Assembly: GCA_035627515.1 (NCBI GenBank)
Contig: DASPLQ010000012.1
Coordinates: 650,331 to 714,330, forward strand
Length of the DNA: 64,000 bases
Source of the DNA: Vitreimonas sp.
Lineage (GTDB): Bacteria > Patescibacteriota > Microgenomatia > UBA1400 > PJMF01
Direction: 5' to 3'
This document shows, one piece after another, positions 1-9,735 of this stretch (position 1 is its first letter; each line of letters opens with the position of its first letter). A model generated the notes under the pieces. The model had not been told where the DNA came from and searched no databases. It saw nothing but the letters and a program-made list of their open reading frames with translations. Position numbers and translations under genes: made by a program.

Positions 1-405
1 AATTACTAAACCTGCGAAGGTAATCATAATAAAGAAAAGTTGAGCAGCACTGATAGCGGTGCCATACATTAAAAAAGAAAACAGCACTACAAATACTGAG
101 TAACTACCTACAATTGTGCCCGCTAAAGATGCTTGCGAGGTCACTAAAGCCTCATAAATGGCAACATTGGCGGAAGTAAACAACAAACCCAACAGCGCCA
201 ATTGCAGCATCAACCATGGAGTCATCAAGCTTAGCTGCTGATAGGAAAATGGCAGATAACACGACATGCCGATCAAGCTAACCAAAAAAATCCACAAGGC
301 AGTTGATTCACTGCCCAGTTTACGCGAAGCAAAAACCCCAAAAATATCACCACTACCCCAGCCAATATAAGCAATCAGGGCATAGAGAAGGGGGTGGAGG
401 GACAT
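1..405 (-). CDS. EamA/DMT-family membrane transporter (partial, runs off window start)
   Basis: Hand translation from ATG at 405: MSLHPLLYALIAYIGWGSGDIFGVFASRKLG... multiple hydrophobic helices with EamA-type WG..D..F..SRK start; TATAAT 7 nt upstream. Confidence 0.75.
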   Translation of the reverse strand, partial: MSLHPLLYALIAYIGWGSGDIFGVFASRKLGSESTALWIFLVSLIGMSCYLPFSYQQLSLMTPWLMLQLALLGLLFTSANVAIYEALVTSQASLAGTIVGSYSVFVVLFSFLMYGTAISAAQLFFIMITFAGLVI

Positions 406-413
406 GGAGTAGA

Positions 414-1160
414 TTATAGAGAAAGGGGTCGTTTTTTCAATGTGGTACTCAATGAATTTTTGATAAAATCTTTGAGATCTGCCTCTAAGTAAATACCCTC
501 TGCTTCTAAATCACTGAAGATGCCTTTAGCTAGCCTTTCTTGGGCATCGTAAGACAGTTCAATACGGTTAAGCATTTCGCGCACTAAGCTCGTTTGCTCC
601 ATTTTTTTGGCATCAGTTTTTCTTATTCGTTTGTGGTGAACTTCTTGACTTAGATTAAAAGTCTCTATTAAATCCTCAACAATTTCTGGGGAAATATGCT
701 CTGTATCTGCATCGAGGATAAAACTAAATTCGAAGTCAATAAACCATGATCTATATTCATTGTCGCCACTTTTACTTATCAAGAGATTATGAATTAATTC
801 GTCATTTACAATAACGTTGTAACTATGAACTGTACTCAAAGTATTGATAGCAGAACGTAACAAAGGAGCAAAATCTCTTTTCAGGGTCTCAGTATCAATT
901 TCCGCCATAATCTGACCGGGTAAATATTCTCTCAAAAGTCTAATTCTATTTTCAGTTCTACGTAAACGATATGGTTGAGGTGAAACTTCTGAGTTGGCTA
1001 AATGCTGTAGGACTAGATATTCTTGCTCAATCAGGTACGCATCAAACAAAATGCTGCTCTTGCCTGTAATGCCTTCGCGCTGAGTGGGGTCGGTTACAAG
1101 GTAAATAGTACGAAAGGTATCTTTTATCCGATCGATTCGGAGTAATTTTTCATGCGTCAT
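414..1160 (-). CDS. Protein kinase-like fold protein (degenerate RIO/Bud32/Kdo-like)
   Basis: EYLVLQHL...LLREYLPG, catalytic-loop-like VHSYNVIVNDELIHNLL and WFIDFE. Confidence 0.55.
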   Translation of the reverse strand: MTHEKLLRIDRIKDTFRTIYLVTDPTQREGITGKSSILFDAYLIEQEYLVLQHLANSEVSPQPYRLRRTENRIRLLREYLPGQIMAEIDTETLKRDFAPLLRSAINTLSTVHSYNVIVNDELIHNLLISKSGDNEYRSWFIDFEFSFILDADTEHISPEIVEDLIETFNLSQEVHHKRIRKTDAKKMEQTSLVREMLNRIELSYDAQERLAKGIFSDLEAEGIYLEADLKDFIKNSLSTTLKKRPLSL

Positions 1161-1300
1161 AAATATGTATTATATCTGGTGAAGAGATAAAAAGCAATTA
1201 TTATAGGATTATATAGTTGCAAGGCCAGTGTCACTACTGATCGAGCGTCTGCCTGGTGGTCAGGCTGTCTTTTTCAGTCTTTTATTGATATGGTTACGTT

Positions 1301-2014
1301 ATGAAAAGTATCTATAGCCTTCCCACTCTCCAACGGATTCTTGATCGCTGGGGAATTGGTCAAATTGAAGCAGTAAACTACTTTCAAAATGTGGGGGCAC
1401 AGATCTGGCGACATCATATTGAAACTAATCAGGGTAAGTTTGAGCTCTACTCGTATCCACCTGAAGCTTATGAGTACGCAAAAAACAAACTGAAAGAATA
1501 CTTGGTTGATAGGTATGGGGTGATAAACACAACCTTAGTTCATAGTTTTGACAGATACCATCAGCTACGGCAATTGAGTACTAAACATCATATCTCTGCC
1601 AAGCAAGCCAATGCAGATTTACAAGTGCTTCAAGGTTTGAAAATCATCAAGGCCTTCCGAGTTTATGGGAGTATTTTTCAAATTCATTTAGAAGATGAAA
1701 GTGTCTTAGTTACCTATGGTAAGTGGAGTATTCAGAAATTCTCAAGCCACAGACATAATGTTGTGGTCGATTCGGCAATGAATAGCAAACAAGAACTTGA
1801 TGCTGCCATCGAGGCGTTGAAGCACGACACCCCACAGATTCAAAGGCATATCTTAAAACAAGGTTGGTTTGAACTCTATCTTTCTCACCATGTAAGCCTG
1901 CACTTTACCCGGACGGAACGCTTTGCTGCAATTGAAGTTCACCTTCATCGACGCCGGAATGACATCCACATTTTTGAAGAAACAGAAATTTACTACACGC
2001 GAGATTTAGAATAG
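1301..2014 (+). CDS. Hypothetical protein
   Basis: 237-aa ORF with ATG start; no recognised motif. Confidence 0.6.
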   Translation: MKSIYSLPTLQRILDRWGIGQIEAVNYFQNVGAQIWRHHIETNQGKFELYSYPPEAYEYAKNKLKEYLVDRYGVINTTLVHSFDRYHQLRQLSTKHHISAKQANADLQVLQGLKIIKAFRVYGSIFQIHLEDESVLVTYGKWSIQKFSSHRHNVVVDSAMNSKQELDAAIEALKHDTPQIQRHILKQGWFELYLSHHVSLHFTRTERFAAIEVHLHRRRNDIHIFEETEIYYTRDLE

Positions 2015-2040
2015 AAGTTGCAGACTGTGCGCAATTTGGG

Positions 2041-2127
2041 CGGAAGCGGAGGGATTCGAACCCTCGTGACCCTTGCGAGCCCCAAGGTTTTCGAGACCTG
2101 GCCGTTAGACCGCTCCGGCACGCTTCC
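2041..2127 (-). tRNA. tRNA-Ser(CGA)
   Basis: Reverse complement GGAAGCG...AGGT-CTCGAAA-ACCT, long variable arm, GGTTCGAATCC T-loop, CGCTTCC-G. Confidence 0.93.
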
Positions 2128-2154
2128 AGTGATACGTATGATACCTGAGTCACC

Positions 2155-4485
2155 TTGATTATTAAAGTCCTCTCTGAAAACGCAGTTTCTCTCAAGCTGG
2201 ACCTTTATAAAAGAAAGGAAACATGCTTTGATGGAATATTGACTATGATATTTGATGTTTTAAAAGAGAAAAACACTTCTGAAGCAGAACTATCTGAATC
2301 ACAAAAATATGAGCAACTTGAGCATATCTTTGATGATTTACTGAAGCGAAGATTAAATTTCACACAAGCCCTCGAGCAAGTGTTTAACCTCTACGAAAAA
2401 CCTAATTACGAGGCAGCTCGGCGGATAATGATGTCTGCCTATCATTCATTGACGCTGAGTACGCGCTTGATCTATCCCAATGGTGTGCCCGAAAATCTCT
2501 TAAAAAAGGGTATGCAAAGACTGGGCAAATTCAGCATGCGGGTGTTATCGATTGAGCAAGTCCGAAAATTGATGATGTGGTCGGGCAAACATGGTGAAGA
2601 AATACTAGGTAACTTGAACCAAGTTTTAAAAAACTCACTTGATTTTGAGTCGCGCAGAATCGAGCGATCACGCCTGGCTTTAGAACGTATGGCCAAGTTG
2701 GCTGAACATGGAGAAGAACTCATCGAACAAATATTTCGGTTTTGGTTTAAAGAAGTCAGCCGACCGTTTGTGATGAATCGGCGACCGTGTGAGTTTGACC
2801 CCACAATTGAACGCTTCGAACTTCAACAACGGATTGGTGATAAACATCTCGCTTCAGAGTTTGGCAGTTTTGTGGTGGACAAAAAACTTGATGTCGCCAA
2901 ACTTACTCAGGAGGCCAAAGCGCGATTTGATAATGGTGATCCAAACCTCATATATGCGCTGTTGATTAAAAACCAGTTGCAGAATCTGGTCATTGATCGT
3001 CAAAAAGATGAAGATGGTCATCGTGGCAAAGCCTATGAAGCAATTGAGCCCAATGAACAATACTCAGTAGTTATTTGGCGCGGCGATGAGTACAAAAAAA
3101 TCTACATACCTCATGATGTCATCAAGAAAAATGCAAATAATCGCTCAGACTTTGTCCATTATCTAAACACGAGTATTGAAATGAATAATGAGAGTGGGTG
3201 GCAAAAGTGGCCCGCACATCTTAATAAAGATGATGCCTATACAAAAGTCATCACCATGCAGGAGCGGGGGAAGTATCGCTTGGATCCTGATCGACCCGAT
3301 GTAGCAGATATGAGTTTAATTCTCAGCGATCCCACCCAAATGGATGCGGATTTATGCCAGGCAGATTATCGCAACTTTACTCACGGTAATGGTATTAATG
3401 TGGCGTTACGGGTCGCGATGGGGCCAGATGGTATGCAGCTGGTCACCAAGAATGGCCACAGTATGACTGATGGCAATCCAGCCCGGAGATTTCTAGGTCA
3501 TGTAGCCCAAAAAACATGGGATGAGTTTCATGCTTATGCCAATGCTTTCCAACCCTTGGTCGCTGATCATAATGCCCGCTACTATCCTGGACGTGAACCT
3601 AAAAGTCTCAAGGTTGATGCTCAAAATTTAGCTTCTCTGTACGAAACTGCTCGGAAATATGAAAAACCCACCACTAGTTTCACAGTTCCGTTGGAAGCTA
3701 ACAAACTCAATCAAATTTCGGACTCTTTTTATGTGGTAGTAAAGAAAGAGGCCAAAGCTGGAAGACCACCTAAGGAAACCAGGGAATATCCTTTTTCAGC
3801 ATCTAACATTATCCAATTGGCAGCCGCCTTAACGTTAGAGAAATTAGAAATTGAGTCTGACAGCACCCACCTTCTAGAAGCTGCGCCTGATTTTGGGAGT
3901 TTGGCACCCATTAACTTGCCTCTCAATAAAGAGTTAAAAAGAAAAATTTTATCTGGGCAGACATTGCTGCCAAATGAACTAGATTTGCTTTTTGCGTCGA
4001 TGGGTAAATTAGCTGCGGAACGCTCTTCGTATAAAAAAACTGGAGTCACGCCAGTCACAGTTTTAGCTACAGGTTTAGGTGAGCTGCGGCCAGACTTAGA
4101 GCCCATTACTGATCTCCTCGATGCCGCTCGCAACCGGATGACAACTCGGGTCAGCTTGCTGACGTCGCTGTTTATCCGTGGCAACCGTAACGCCCCCGAT
4201 CCAGACGCCGACTCACTTTTTAAGTCAACTATGTTTGGAACAGCATTAAGTTCTAATTACACTGATATTGGAGTCGGGGTAGAAGAGGCAGGTAAAGATG
4301 AGGACAGCAATGACCAAGCCACAATCCATGCCCGGATACGTCGGGAAAGTAATCTTAATACCCATGACTTTGAGGTGACTTTCAAAGAGGTCTATAAAAA
4401 TCTAGTCTCTTATCTACATAGATTGGCCAGAAATGCCCAAATAGGAACTGATTTTACTGGTCCTGAGACAGCAACCGCAGCATAG
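2155..4485 (+). CDS. Large protein with HxxxDG motif, CoA-dependent acyltransferase superfamily candidate
   Basis: 776-aa ORF; MQLVTKNGHSMTDGNP motif; start codon uncertain. Confidence 0.5.
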   Translation: MIIKVLSENAVSLKLDLYKRKETCFDGILTMIFDVLKEKNTSEAELSESQKYEQLEHIFDDLLKRRLNFTQALEQVFNLYEKPNYEAARRIMMSAYHSLTLSTRLIYPNGVPENLLKKGMQRLGKFSMRVLSIEQVRKLMMWSGKHGEEILGNLNQVLKNSLDFESRRIERSRLALERMAKLAEHGEELIEQIFRFWFKEVSRPFVMNRRPCEFDPTIERFELQQRIGDKHLASEFGSFVVDKKLDVAKLTQEAKARFDNGDPNLIYALLIKNQLQNLVIDRQKDEDGHRGKAYEAIEPNEQYSVVIWRGDEYKKIYIPHDVIKKNANNRSDFVHYLNTSIEMNNESGWQKWPAHLNKDDAYTKVITMQERGKYRLDPDRPDVADMSLILSDPTQMDADLCQADYRNFTHGNGINVALRVAMGPDGMQLVTKNGHSMTDGNPARRFLGHVAQKTWDEFHAYANAFQPLVADHNARYYPGREPKSLKVDAQNLASLYETARKYEKPTTSFTVPLEANKLNQISDSFYVVVKKEAKAGRPPKETREYPFSASNIIQLAAALTLEKLEIESDSTHLLEAAPDFGSLAPINLPLNKELKRKILSGQTLLPNELDLLFASMGKLAAERSSYKKTGVTPVTVLATGLGELRPDLEPITDLLDAARNRMTTRVSLLTSLFIRGNRNAPDPDADSLFKSTMFGTALSSNYTDIGVGVEEAGKDEDSNDQATIHARIRRESNLNTHDFEVTFKEVYKNLVSYLHRLARNAQIGTDFTGPETATAA

Positions 4486-4924
4486 GACTCCAGACAGGGT
4501 TAGAAGCCATAAAGCCAAAGACTTTGTCTTCTAATAATTTGGGGTGAAGTTGGTCAGACGGGAATAATTCCAGAAGTTGTTGGGTGAAGAGAGCGGGATC
4601 AATGGCCCGAGCTTCAGCCATTGTTTGGTTTCGTTTCATGACTGACCCTAATAATAAACCTAAGAAAAGCAAGACATCCAATTGAGTTCTGACAGTATCT
4701 TTTGAAGGCTCAGCATTAAAAATTTCGATATATATTTGGTCAGTATTACGAGCGTGGTGGGGATTGAGAAAATCAGCTAACATTCGCTCAACTTCTAGGA
4801 ACTCAGGTTCACTTAATTGAGCAAATTGTTTTAACAGTTCTTTTTCGATTTCGGGATTATATGTGCCTTGGGCGATCTGTTCAGTAGATTGGACAAATAA
4901 TTTGGAAAATTCTTTAAAAGCCAT
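4454..4924 (-). CDS. Hypothetical protein
   Basis: 156-aa ORF, convergent and overlapping the 3' end of 2155..4485. Confidence 0.55.
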   Translation of the reverse strand: MAFKEFSKLFVQSTEQIAQGTYNPEIEKELLKQFAQLSEPEFLEVERMLADFLNPHHARNTDQIYIEIFNAEPSKDTVRTQLDVLLFLGLLLGSVMKRNQTMAEARAIDPALFTQQLLELFPSDQLHPKLLEDKVFGFMASNPVWSPMLRLLSQDQ

Positions 4925-4934
4925 AAATCAAAAG

Positions 4935-5008
4935 TGCACCCGGCGCGATTCGAACGCACGACCCTCAGATCCGCAATCTGATGCTCTATCCAGCTGAGCT
5001 ACGGGTGC
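4935..5008 (-). tRNA. tRNA-Arg(GCG)
   Basis: Reverse complement GCACCCGTAGCTCAGCTGGATAGAGCA-TCAGA-TTGCGGA-TCTGA-GGGTC-GTGCGTTCGAATCGCGC-CGGGTGC-A. Confidence 0.93.
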
Positions 5009-5094
5009 ATATACAGCCAAAGTAATACTGGCGCGGTTATTAAATCAGCGAAGTTATATTGTATCGCCTGGTGCAGAGTACGTCAAAGCTCGAT

Positions 5095-5916
5095 TTATGA
5101 TTGAGCCGGTGGCGCTGAAGTTGGGGTGGGAGAAGCGCTAGGCGGTTGAGAACTGGGCTGAGTTTCAGCATCCAAAGGCAACTTTTGTTGTAACCACTCG
5201 GCAGCTTGTTCAAAGTAGCTGGGGTGAGGTTTTTGGTGGAGCAAGACCTCGGAGAGGAGCTCATCAATTTCACTAGGATTCACCTCACCGAGCACGAGTG
5301 TTAAATGAAACGGAAACCGATTAACTTCTAGATGAAGCAAGTTGGATCCATATTTATTACTAAACCAATATCGACTGAGCTCATCCCAAAAATAAAGCTG
5401 GTTATCAAGTCGCATACCGTATGTAGTGACTTGATACTTAATGATTTCTGGGGGGAAAGTATTCAGCACGTAGGCCAAAAAAGCTAGGGCAATTACAGCT
5501 GCAATTGGTAAAAATTGTCCGGCAAAGAACAGAATCAAACATACCAACAAAGCAATAATAAACACCGTGCTGAAGTATTGACGGTTACGTTTTTTGAAAG
5601 GGCGACTAGGAGCTAACCACTCAGCGACTAATTCCTCAGGCAGCGGTCGATTGGCCATTTCAGGATTAACCGGCGGGAACTCAGGAGCAGCTTGTTGGGG
5701 AGGTGGTGGCAAGGGTGCTTGAGATTGTGGAGGTGGTGGTGAAGGGAGTTCACTTTGAGTATAAGGAGCATTTAGATATTGTTCACTTGATGGCGGTGGC
5801 GAGGAAAGGGTTTCAGGCGTGGCTGCCACTTCAGATACTCCACTCCGTTGCTGACGGCGTTGGCGCATTTGTTCTAAATATTCTCGAGAGGTCGGTCGGG
5901 CAGAACTGTCACTCAT
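5095..5916 (-). CDS. Membrane protein with Pro-rich N-terminus, two TM helices and small C-terminal domain
   Basis: Poly-Pro region, WLAPSRPFKKR, TM pair, then YFWDELSRYWF domain. Confidence 0.7.
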   Translation of the reverse strand: MSDSSARPTSREYLEQMRQRRQQRSGVSEVAATPETLSSPPPSSEQYLNAPYTQSELPSPPPPQSQAPLPPPPQQAAPEFPPVNPEMANRPLPEELVAEWLAPSRPFKKRNRQYFSTVFIIALLVCLILFFAGQFLPIAAVIALAFLAYVLNTFPPEIIKYQVTTYGMRLDNQLYFWDELSRYWFSNKYGSNLLHLEVNRFPFHLTLVLGEVNPSEIDELLSEVLLHQKPHPSYFEQAAEWLQQKLPLDAETQPSSQPPSASPTPTSAPPAQS

Positions 5917-5978
5917 GACGTTTTAACTATACACGATTTGTAGGGTAATGAAAATCCTGGTGCACGAAGGTTGTATAA

Positions 5979-6497
5979 TTGATGTGTATGTCTGTATATC
6001 TTTCTACTTCCGGCTGGGTAGTCTTGTCTAAAAAGAAGGAATTACCCATTCACACCCGATTGGCAGCACAACGTTTTGTGACCGATAAAGATATTAATGC
6101 ACGTCGGTTTGGTTTTCCAGAGGATTTTGATCCTGTAGTAGCAGTAGGTGTGTTGCAAGCGTTAACTTTTTTATTAAAGAATCAGGTGTTTGAAATGGAA
6201 GTGGATGTGATTGACCAACAGGCAATATTATTTAAGGAAAAGCTGAGCACAGGGGCTGCCACAGAAGCCTCTCAACGCTGGGAAGCTTTAAAAGAGTCAC
6301 AACGAGCTCAGTTAGTTTTGACCTATATGAAGCATTTTCAAGAATATCCAGTGGTGGCAGAGGTAGTATGTGAAAATATTAACTCACGTATGTCTCAGTT
6401 GCGCCATCCTCGCTGGCAGGTGACGGCTATTCCCTATGGCAGTGAATCAGATGATCTTAATCTTTTAACAACTGGCTTTTTATCGTGGTCAAAATAA
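5979..6497 (+). CDS. Hypothetical protein
   Basis: 172-aa ORF; TATAAT just upstream suggests start at ATG 5988. Confidence 0.6.
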   Translation: MMCMSVYLSTSGWVVLSKKKELPIHTRLAAQRFVTDKDINARRFGFPEDFDPVVAVGVLQALTFLLKNQVFEMEVDVIDQQAILFKEKLSTGAATEASQRWEALKESQRAQLVLTYMKHFQEYPVVAEVVCENINSRMSQLRHPRWQVTAIPYGSESDDLNLLTTGFLSWSK

Positions 6498-6553
6498 GAA
6501 TTGCCACGGCTGTTTACTCAGAAAAATGCTAGAATAGAAACCTTCTTAACTAA

Positions 6554-6636
6554 GGAAGGGTCGCATAGTGGCCTAGTGCACTGGTCTTGAAAACCAGCAT
6601 CCGAAAGGATCGAGGGTTCGAATCCCTCCCCTTCCG
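6554..6636 (+). tRNA. tRNA-Ser(UGA)
   Basis: GGAAGGG...CTGGT-CTTGAAA-ACCAG, variable arm ATCC-GAAA-GGAT, GGTTCGAATCC, CCCTTCC-G. Confidence 0.93.
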
Positions 6637-6685
6637 CTCAAGTCTTATCTTTCCCGACATCATTAAACCTTGTACAATCGCGCTC

Positions 6686-9025
6686 ATGGCCGTGGCAAGA
6701 AAAAAACTGGTACTAAAGAAAATTGTGGTGGTGGTGCCGGTTTATAATGAAGCGTTATTCATCACTGATTTCCTGCAGTCCTTAACTGCAGAGCTGAAAA
6801 AGCTCAATCGTCGATATCAAGTGACAGCGTTGATCGTTAATGATGGTTCTCAAGATCAGACAGCTCACCTTCTCAAACACTGGAAAGATAAAAAATTTCT
6901 TAAAGTCATCACTCATCAGCAGAACCGAGGTAAAGGAGCCGCCTTACGGACCGGCATTGAGAAAGCTCAAGCAGCTGGCGCTCAAGCGGTGGTGGTAATG
7001 GATGGCGATTGCCAACACGAGCCCGGTGCCATCGCTGAGTTTATTACTCATCTCCAGCGTTCACCCATCGTCTTTGGATATCGTGATTTTGCCGATAAAA
7101 TGTCTTGGGTTCGTCAACTGGGGAATGGTGTGATGGCTAGTATTTTCAAACACTTTTTTACGATTAAACGCCGTGACCCCTTATGTGGCTTTATGGCATT
7201 TCGCAGTGAGATGTTACCACTTATCCAGTGGCAATCAGATGATTATGGCGTGGAAGCTGAGATTGCCGCTTTGGTAGCCAAACGCCAATTACCTTTCACT
7301 GAACTCAAAATTGCCACCATTTACCTTGATAAAAAAACCGGCTTAAACTTGCGTGACGCCACCAAAATTATGTGGCGGATACCGAGCTGGTTTGCCCTGC
7401 AAAGCCCTGGGTTACAGCGAGTGGCACAAGTAGTTGCTCGCTATCAATGGTCATTCCTTACCATTGTGGCCAGTCTGTTATTTTTAAGTTTAGCTTTTAA
7501 ATATCCATTTCAACCCAGTTCGCTAATAGGCAACTTAGAACCATATCCTGATACGCTTTACTACTCAGTGCCAGCCTGGAATTTAACTCATGGCGACTCG
7601 TGGTCGATGAGCATGCCAGGTCATTATACCAAGCAAGTCACGCCGCCATTGTATTCGTGGTATTTATTGCTGTATTTTTTTCTGATCAATGATGTGAGAG
7701 TTTTTTACTTAGCCAACTTGGTGTTGAGCGTCGCCACCATTGCTCTCTTAGTTCGTAGTCTCAAGCTATGGCTCGGTAATAATCTGCTGGCAGTGGTAGC
7801 TGCAGCGGTAGCCCTCTTTTTGTATGTGACTCAGTTTTACATTTATACCGTGCCCACACTCTTGATGGCTGAAAACATCACTTTGTTTTTGATCGTGGCT
7901 AGTCTGTGGTCTCTGCTTAGCTGGCAGGGCATTGCGCCGGTTATTGCAGGTTTTTTACCTCTCGCGTTTTTGCTGATTAAATTCTCCAACGCTCCTGTGG
8001 CATTGGTCATTGGTATAAGTGCGCTGCTGCGGGGTTGGTTTTCGAGGTGGTCAGTTAATAAAAAAGTAAGGTATGTGGTGATGCTAGGTGTCACGGGGTT
8101 GATGTTTATATGTTATGTATGGCTATCAGAAATTTTAGTGGGTCATAAAAACTTAGCCGCAGGCCAAACTTTTAGCAACATTTATTTTAGATCTAATACT
8201 CAGTTTTATTTGCAAGCGGTGGCTGGTGGTGGCACACGTTTCCTGTGGTTTACCGAAAGATTAATATCACCAGTGGTGAGCTTGTTAGCAGCGGTAGGAA
8301 TAGTAGTCATCGCGGTCAGTTTTAACCGCTCACAAAAAATCTTGAGTGCCGTTTTTATAAGTTTGGGGTTATCGACGGTTGTGCTGATGTCATTTTTTGT
8401 GACTCCTGATGCGCGGTACGTGATGATCGTTGTACCGATCATGATCCTTTTCACAGCTACTACCATCAAAAAAATACTCGGGTATCGATGGGGATGGCTA
8501 GCAGTCCTAGTCCTAGTAAGTAGCTTTTTAGTTGTGCCTGGTTTAGGTCTGCGCAGCTCCGAAATGGAGTTAATAACCATCAAAAAACAAATCGGCCTTA
8601 ACTTTAAGTATCAAGAAACACCGTGGAATTATTTAGCCGTAAAAAAATGGCAGGAATATCTAGTGACACAACCGCGATCAGCTGAACAGCAATTATATGT
8701 GGGGACATTTTTGCCACCCTATTATGTGCACGTCTTGGGTCTCAATGAAGCTCAAGCTTTGCCGATCACGTTGCAGCAAGAATTTATGACCGCTGAATTA
8801 TTAACCACGCATCAAGTGCCTAGTGTGAAAGATTTATATGCAACTTTGTTGCAGCAAGGTCATCGCGTTTTTGTTTCCGAGTACTATGCTAATAATCTTC
8901 AGGCTTGGCCCTTGGAATATAAGACCTTAACTTCAGCATTTCAGCTCACTAAAGTTCACACCGGTTGTTTAGGTGCATGTGATTTATATGAACTAAGTCT
9001 GAAAACCACCGAAAGTCAGCGGTGA
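6686..9025 (+). CDS. GT2 (polyprenol-phosphate glycosyltransferase-like) fused to a multi-TM GT-C-type glycosyltransferase domain
   Basis: VVVPVYNE, VNDGSQD, NRGKGAA, MDGDCQH motifs; C-terminal ~12 TM with EPYPDTLYY and ARYV; start moved to ATG 6686 because the longer ORF overlaps the tRNA. Confidence 0.8.
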   Translation: MAVARKKLVLKKIVVVVPVYNEALFITDFLQSLTAELKKLNRRYQVTALIVNDGSQDQTAHLLKHWKDKKFLKVITHQQNRGKGAALRTGIEKAQAAGAQAVVVMDGDCQHEPGAIAEFITHLQRSPIVFGYRDFADKMSWVRQLGNGVMASIFKHFFTIKRRDPLCGFMAFRSEMLPLIQWQSDDYGVEAEIAALVAKRQLPFTELKIATIYLDKKTGLNLRDATKIMWRIPSWFALQSPGLQRVAQVVARYQWSFLTIVASLLFLSLAFKYPFQPSSLIGNLEPYPDTLYYSVPAWNLTHGDSWSMSMPGHYTKQVTPPLYSWYLLLYFFLINDVRVFYLANLVLSVATIALLVRSLKLWLGNNLLAVVAAAVALFLYVTQFYIYTVPTLLMAENITLFLIVASLWSLLSWQGIAPVIAGFLPLAFLLIKFSNAPVALVIGISALLRGWFSRWSVNKKVRYVVMLGVTGLMFICYVWLSEILVGHKNLAAGQTFSNIYFRSNTQFYLQAVAGGGTRFLWFTERLISPVVSLLAAVGIVVIAVSFNRSQKILSAVFISLGLSTVVLMSFFVTPDARYVMIVVPIMILFTATTIKKILGYRWGWLAVLVLVSSFLVVPGLGLRSSEMELITIKKQIGLNFKYQETPWNYLAVKKWQEYLVTQPRSAEQQLYVGTFLPPYYVHVLGLNEAQALPITLQQEFMTAELLTTHQVPSVKDLYATLLQQGHRVFVSEYYANNLQAWPLEYKTLTSAFQLTKVHTGCLGACDLYELSLKTTESQR

Positions 9026-9036
9026 TCAGCCTTTGA

Positions 9037-9735
9037 TTAGAGAGTGGAACTGACTGCACTAGGCGATGCTTGCAACACCAACCGTTGTGAATCAAATAAG
9101 CCGGTACACGTATAAATAGTCAAAATTTCATGATCGGTAGGGAGGACAGCTTCGATTTGGTCGGGATTGACGATCATTTTCTTCATCACCGTGTATTCAT
9201 AGAGTTTATTGTCCTGAGTCTTAACCTGAATAGTATCACCGAGCTTTACTGTTTTTAAGTTCCCCAGTAAGTGCTTGCGATTATGACCATAAATGACAAT
9301 ATTACCGCCTTCCGCGGGTCGTGCTGAGCTGACTAAGTGAGTAGCAGCAGTGTCGGAAGTTTCCCAGACACCATCAGTGATTTGAGCTGGTATGACACTC
9401 GTCTGAATGTGATGATCAGGAATAATAACCTCTATGGGGAGCTCCCCGCGCAAAGCCAGTTGACCAGTCACCGTCGGAGTGACTCGAAAGGAAAGTACAG
9501 TTTGGCGATACGAGTAATACCAGGCAGAGCCCAACATTAAGTTAAGACCAAGAGTGGCGAGAATGATCCACAGCCCTGGCAACCACCGTCGGCGAGGTTT
9601 GAGCTCAGAAGGTTGTGCTAACGAGGTTGAAGGTCCCGTTACCACAGCTTGAGACTGTGAGAGGTGAGCACCTGTTTTCCGCCGTCGTGAGTGTTTTTTA
9701 TGACGCTTAGTTTTGCTTAGTTTGGAAGTAGCCAT
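9037..9735 (-). CDS. Sortase
   Basis: N-terminal TM, GNIVIYGH, LTIYTC and downstream catalytic R (SQRLV). Confidence 0.88.
   Translation of the reverse strand: MATSKLSKTKRHKKHSRRRKTGAHLSQSQAVVTGPSTSLAQPSELKPRRRWLPGLWIILATLGLNLMLGSAWYYSYRQTVLSFRVTPTVTGQLALRGELPIEVIIPDHHIQTSVIPAQITDGVWETSDTAATHLVSSARPAEGGNIVIYGHNRKHLLGNLKTVKLGDTIQVKTQDNKLYEYTVMKKMIVNPDQIEAVLPTDHEILTIYTCTGLFDSQRLVLQASPSAVSSTL

Noticed and set aside
1905-2195. ORF-track ORFs overlapping tRNAs (also 13720..14055, 13873..14169, 55664..55873 and the 5' extension 6587-6685)
   Set aside because: They read through tRNA genes (GFES/GFEP peptides derive from the T-loop)
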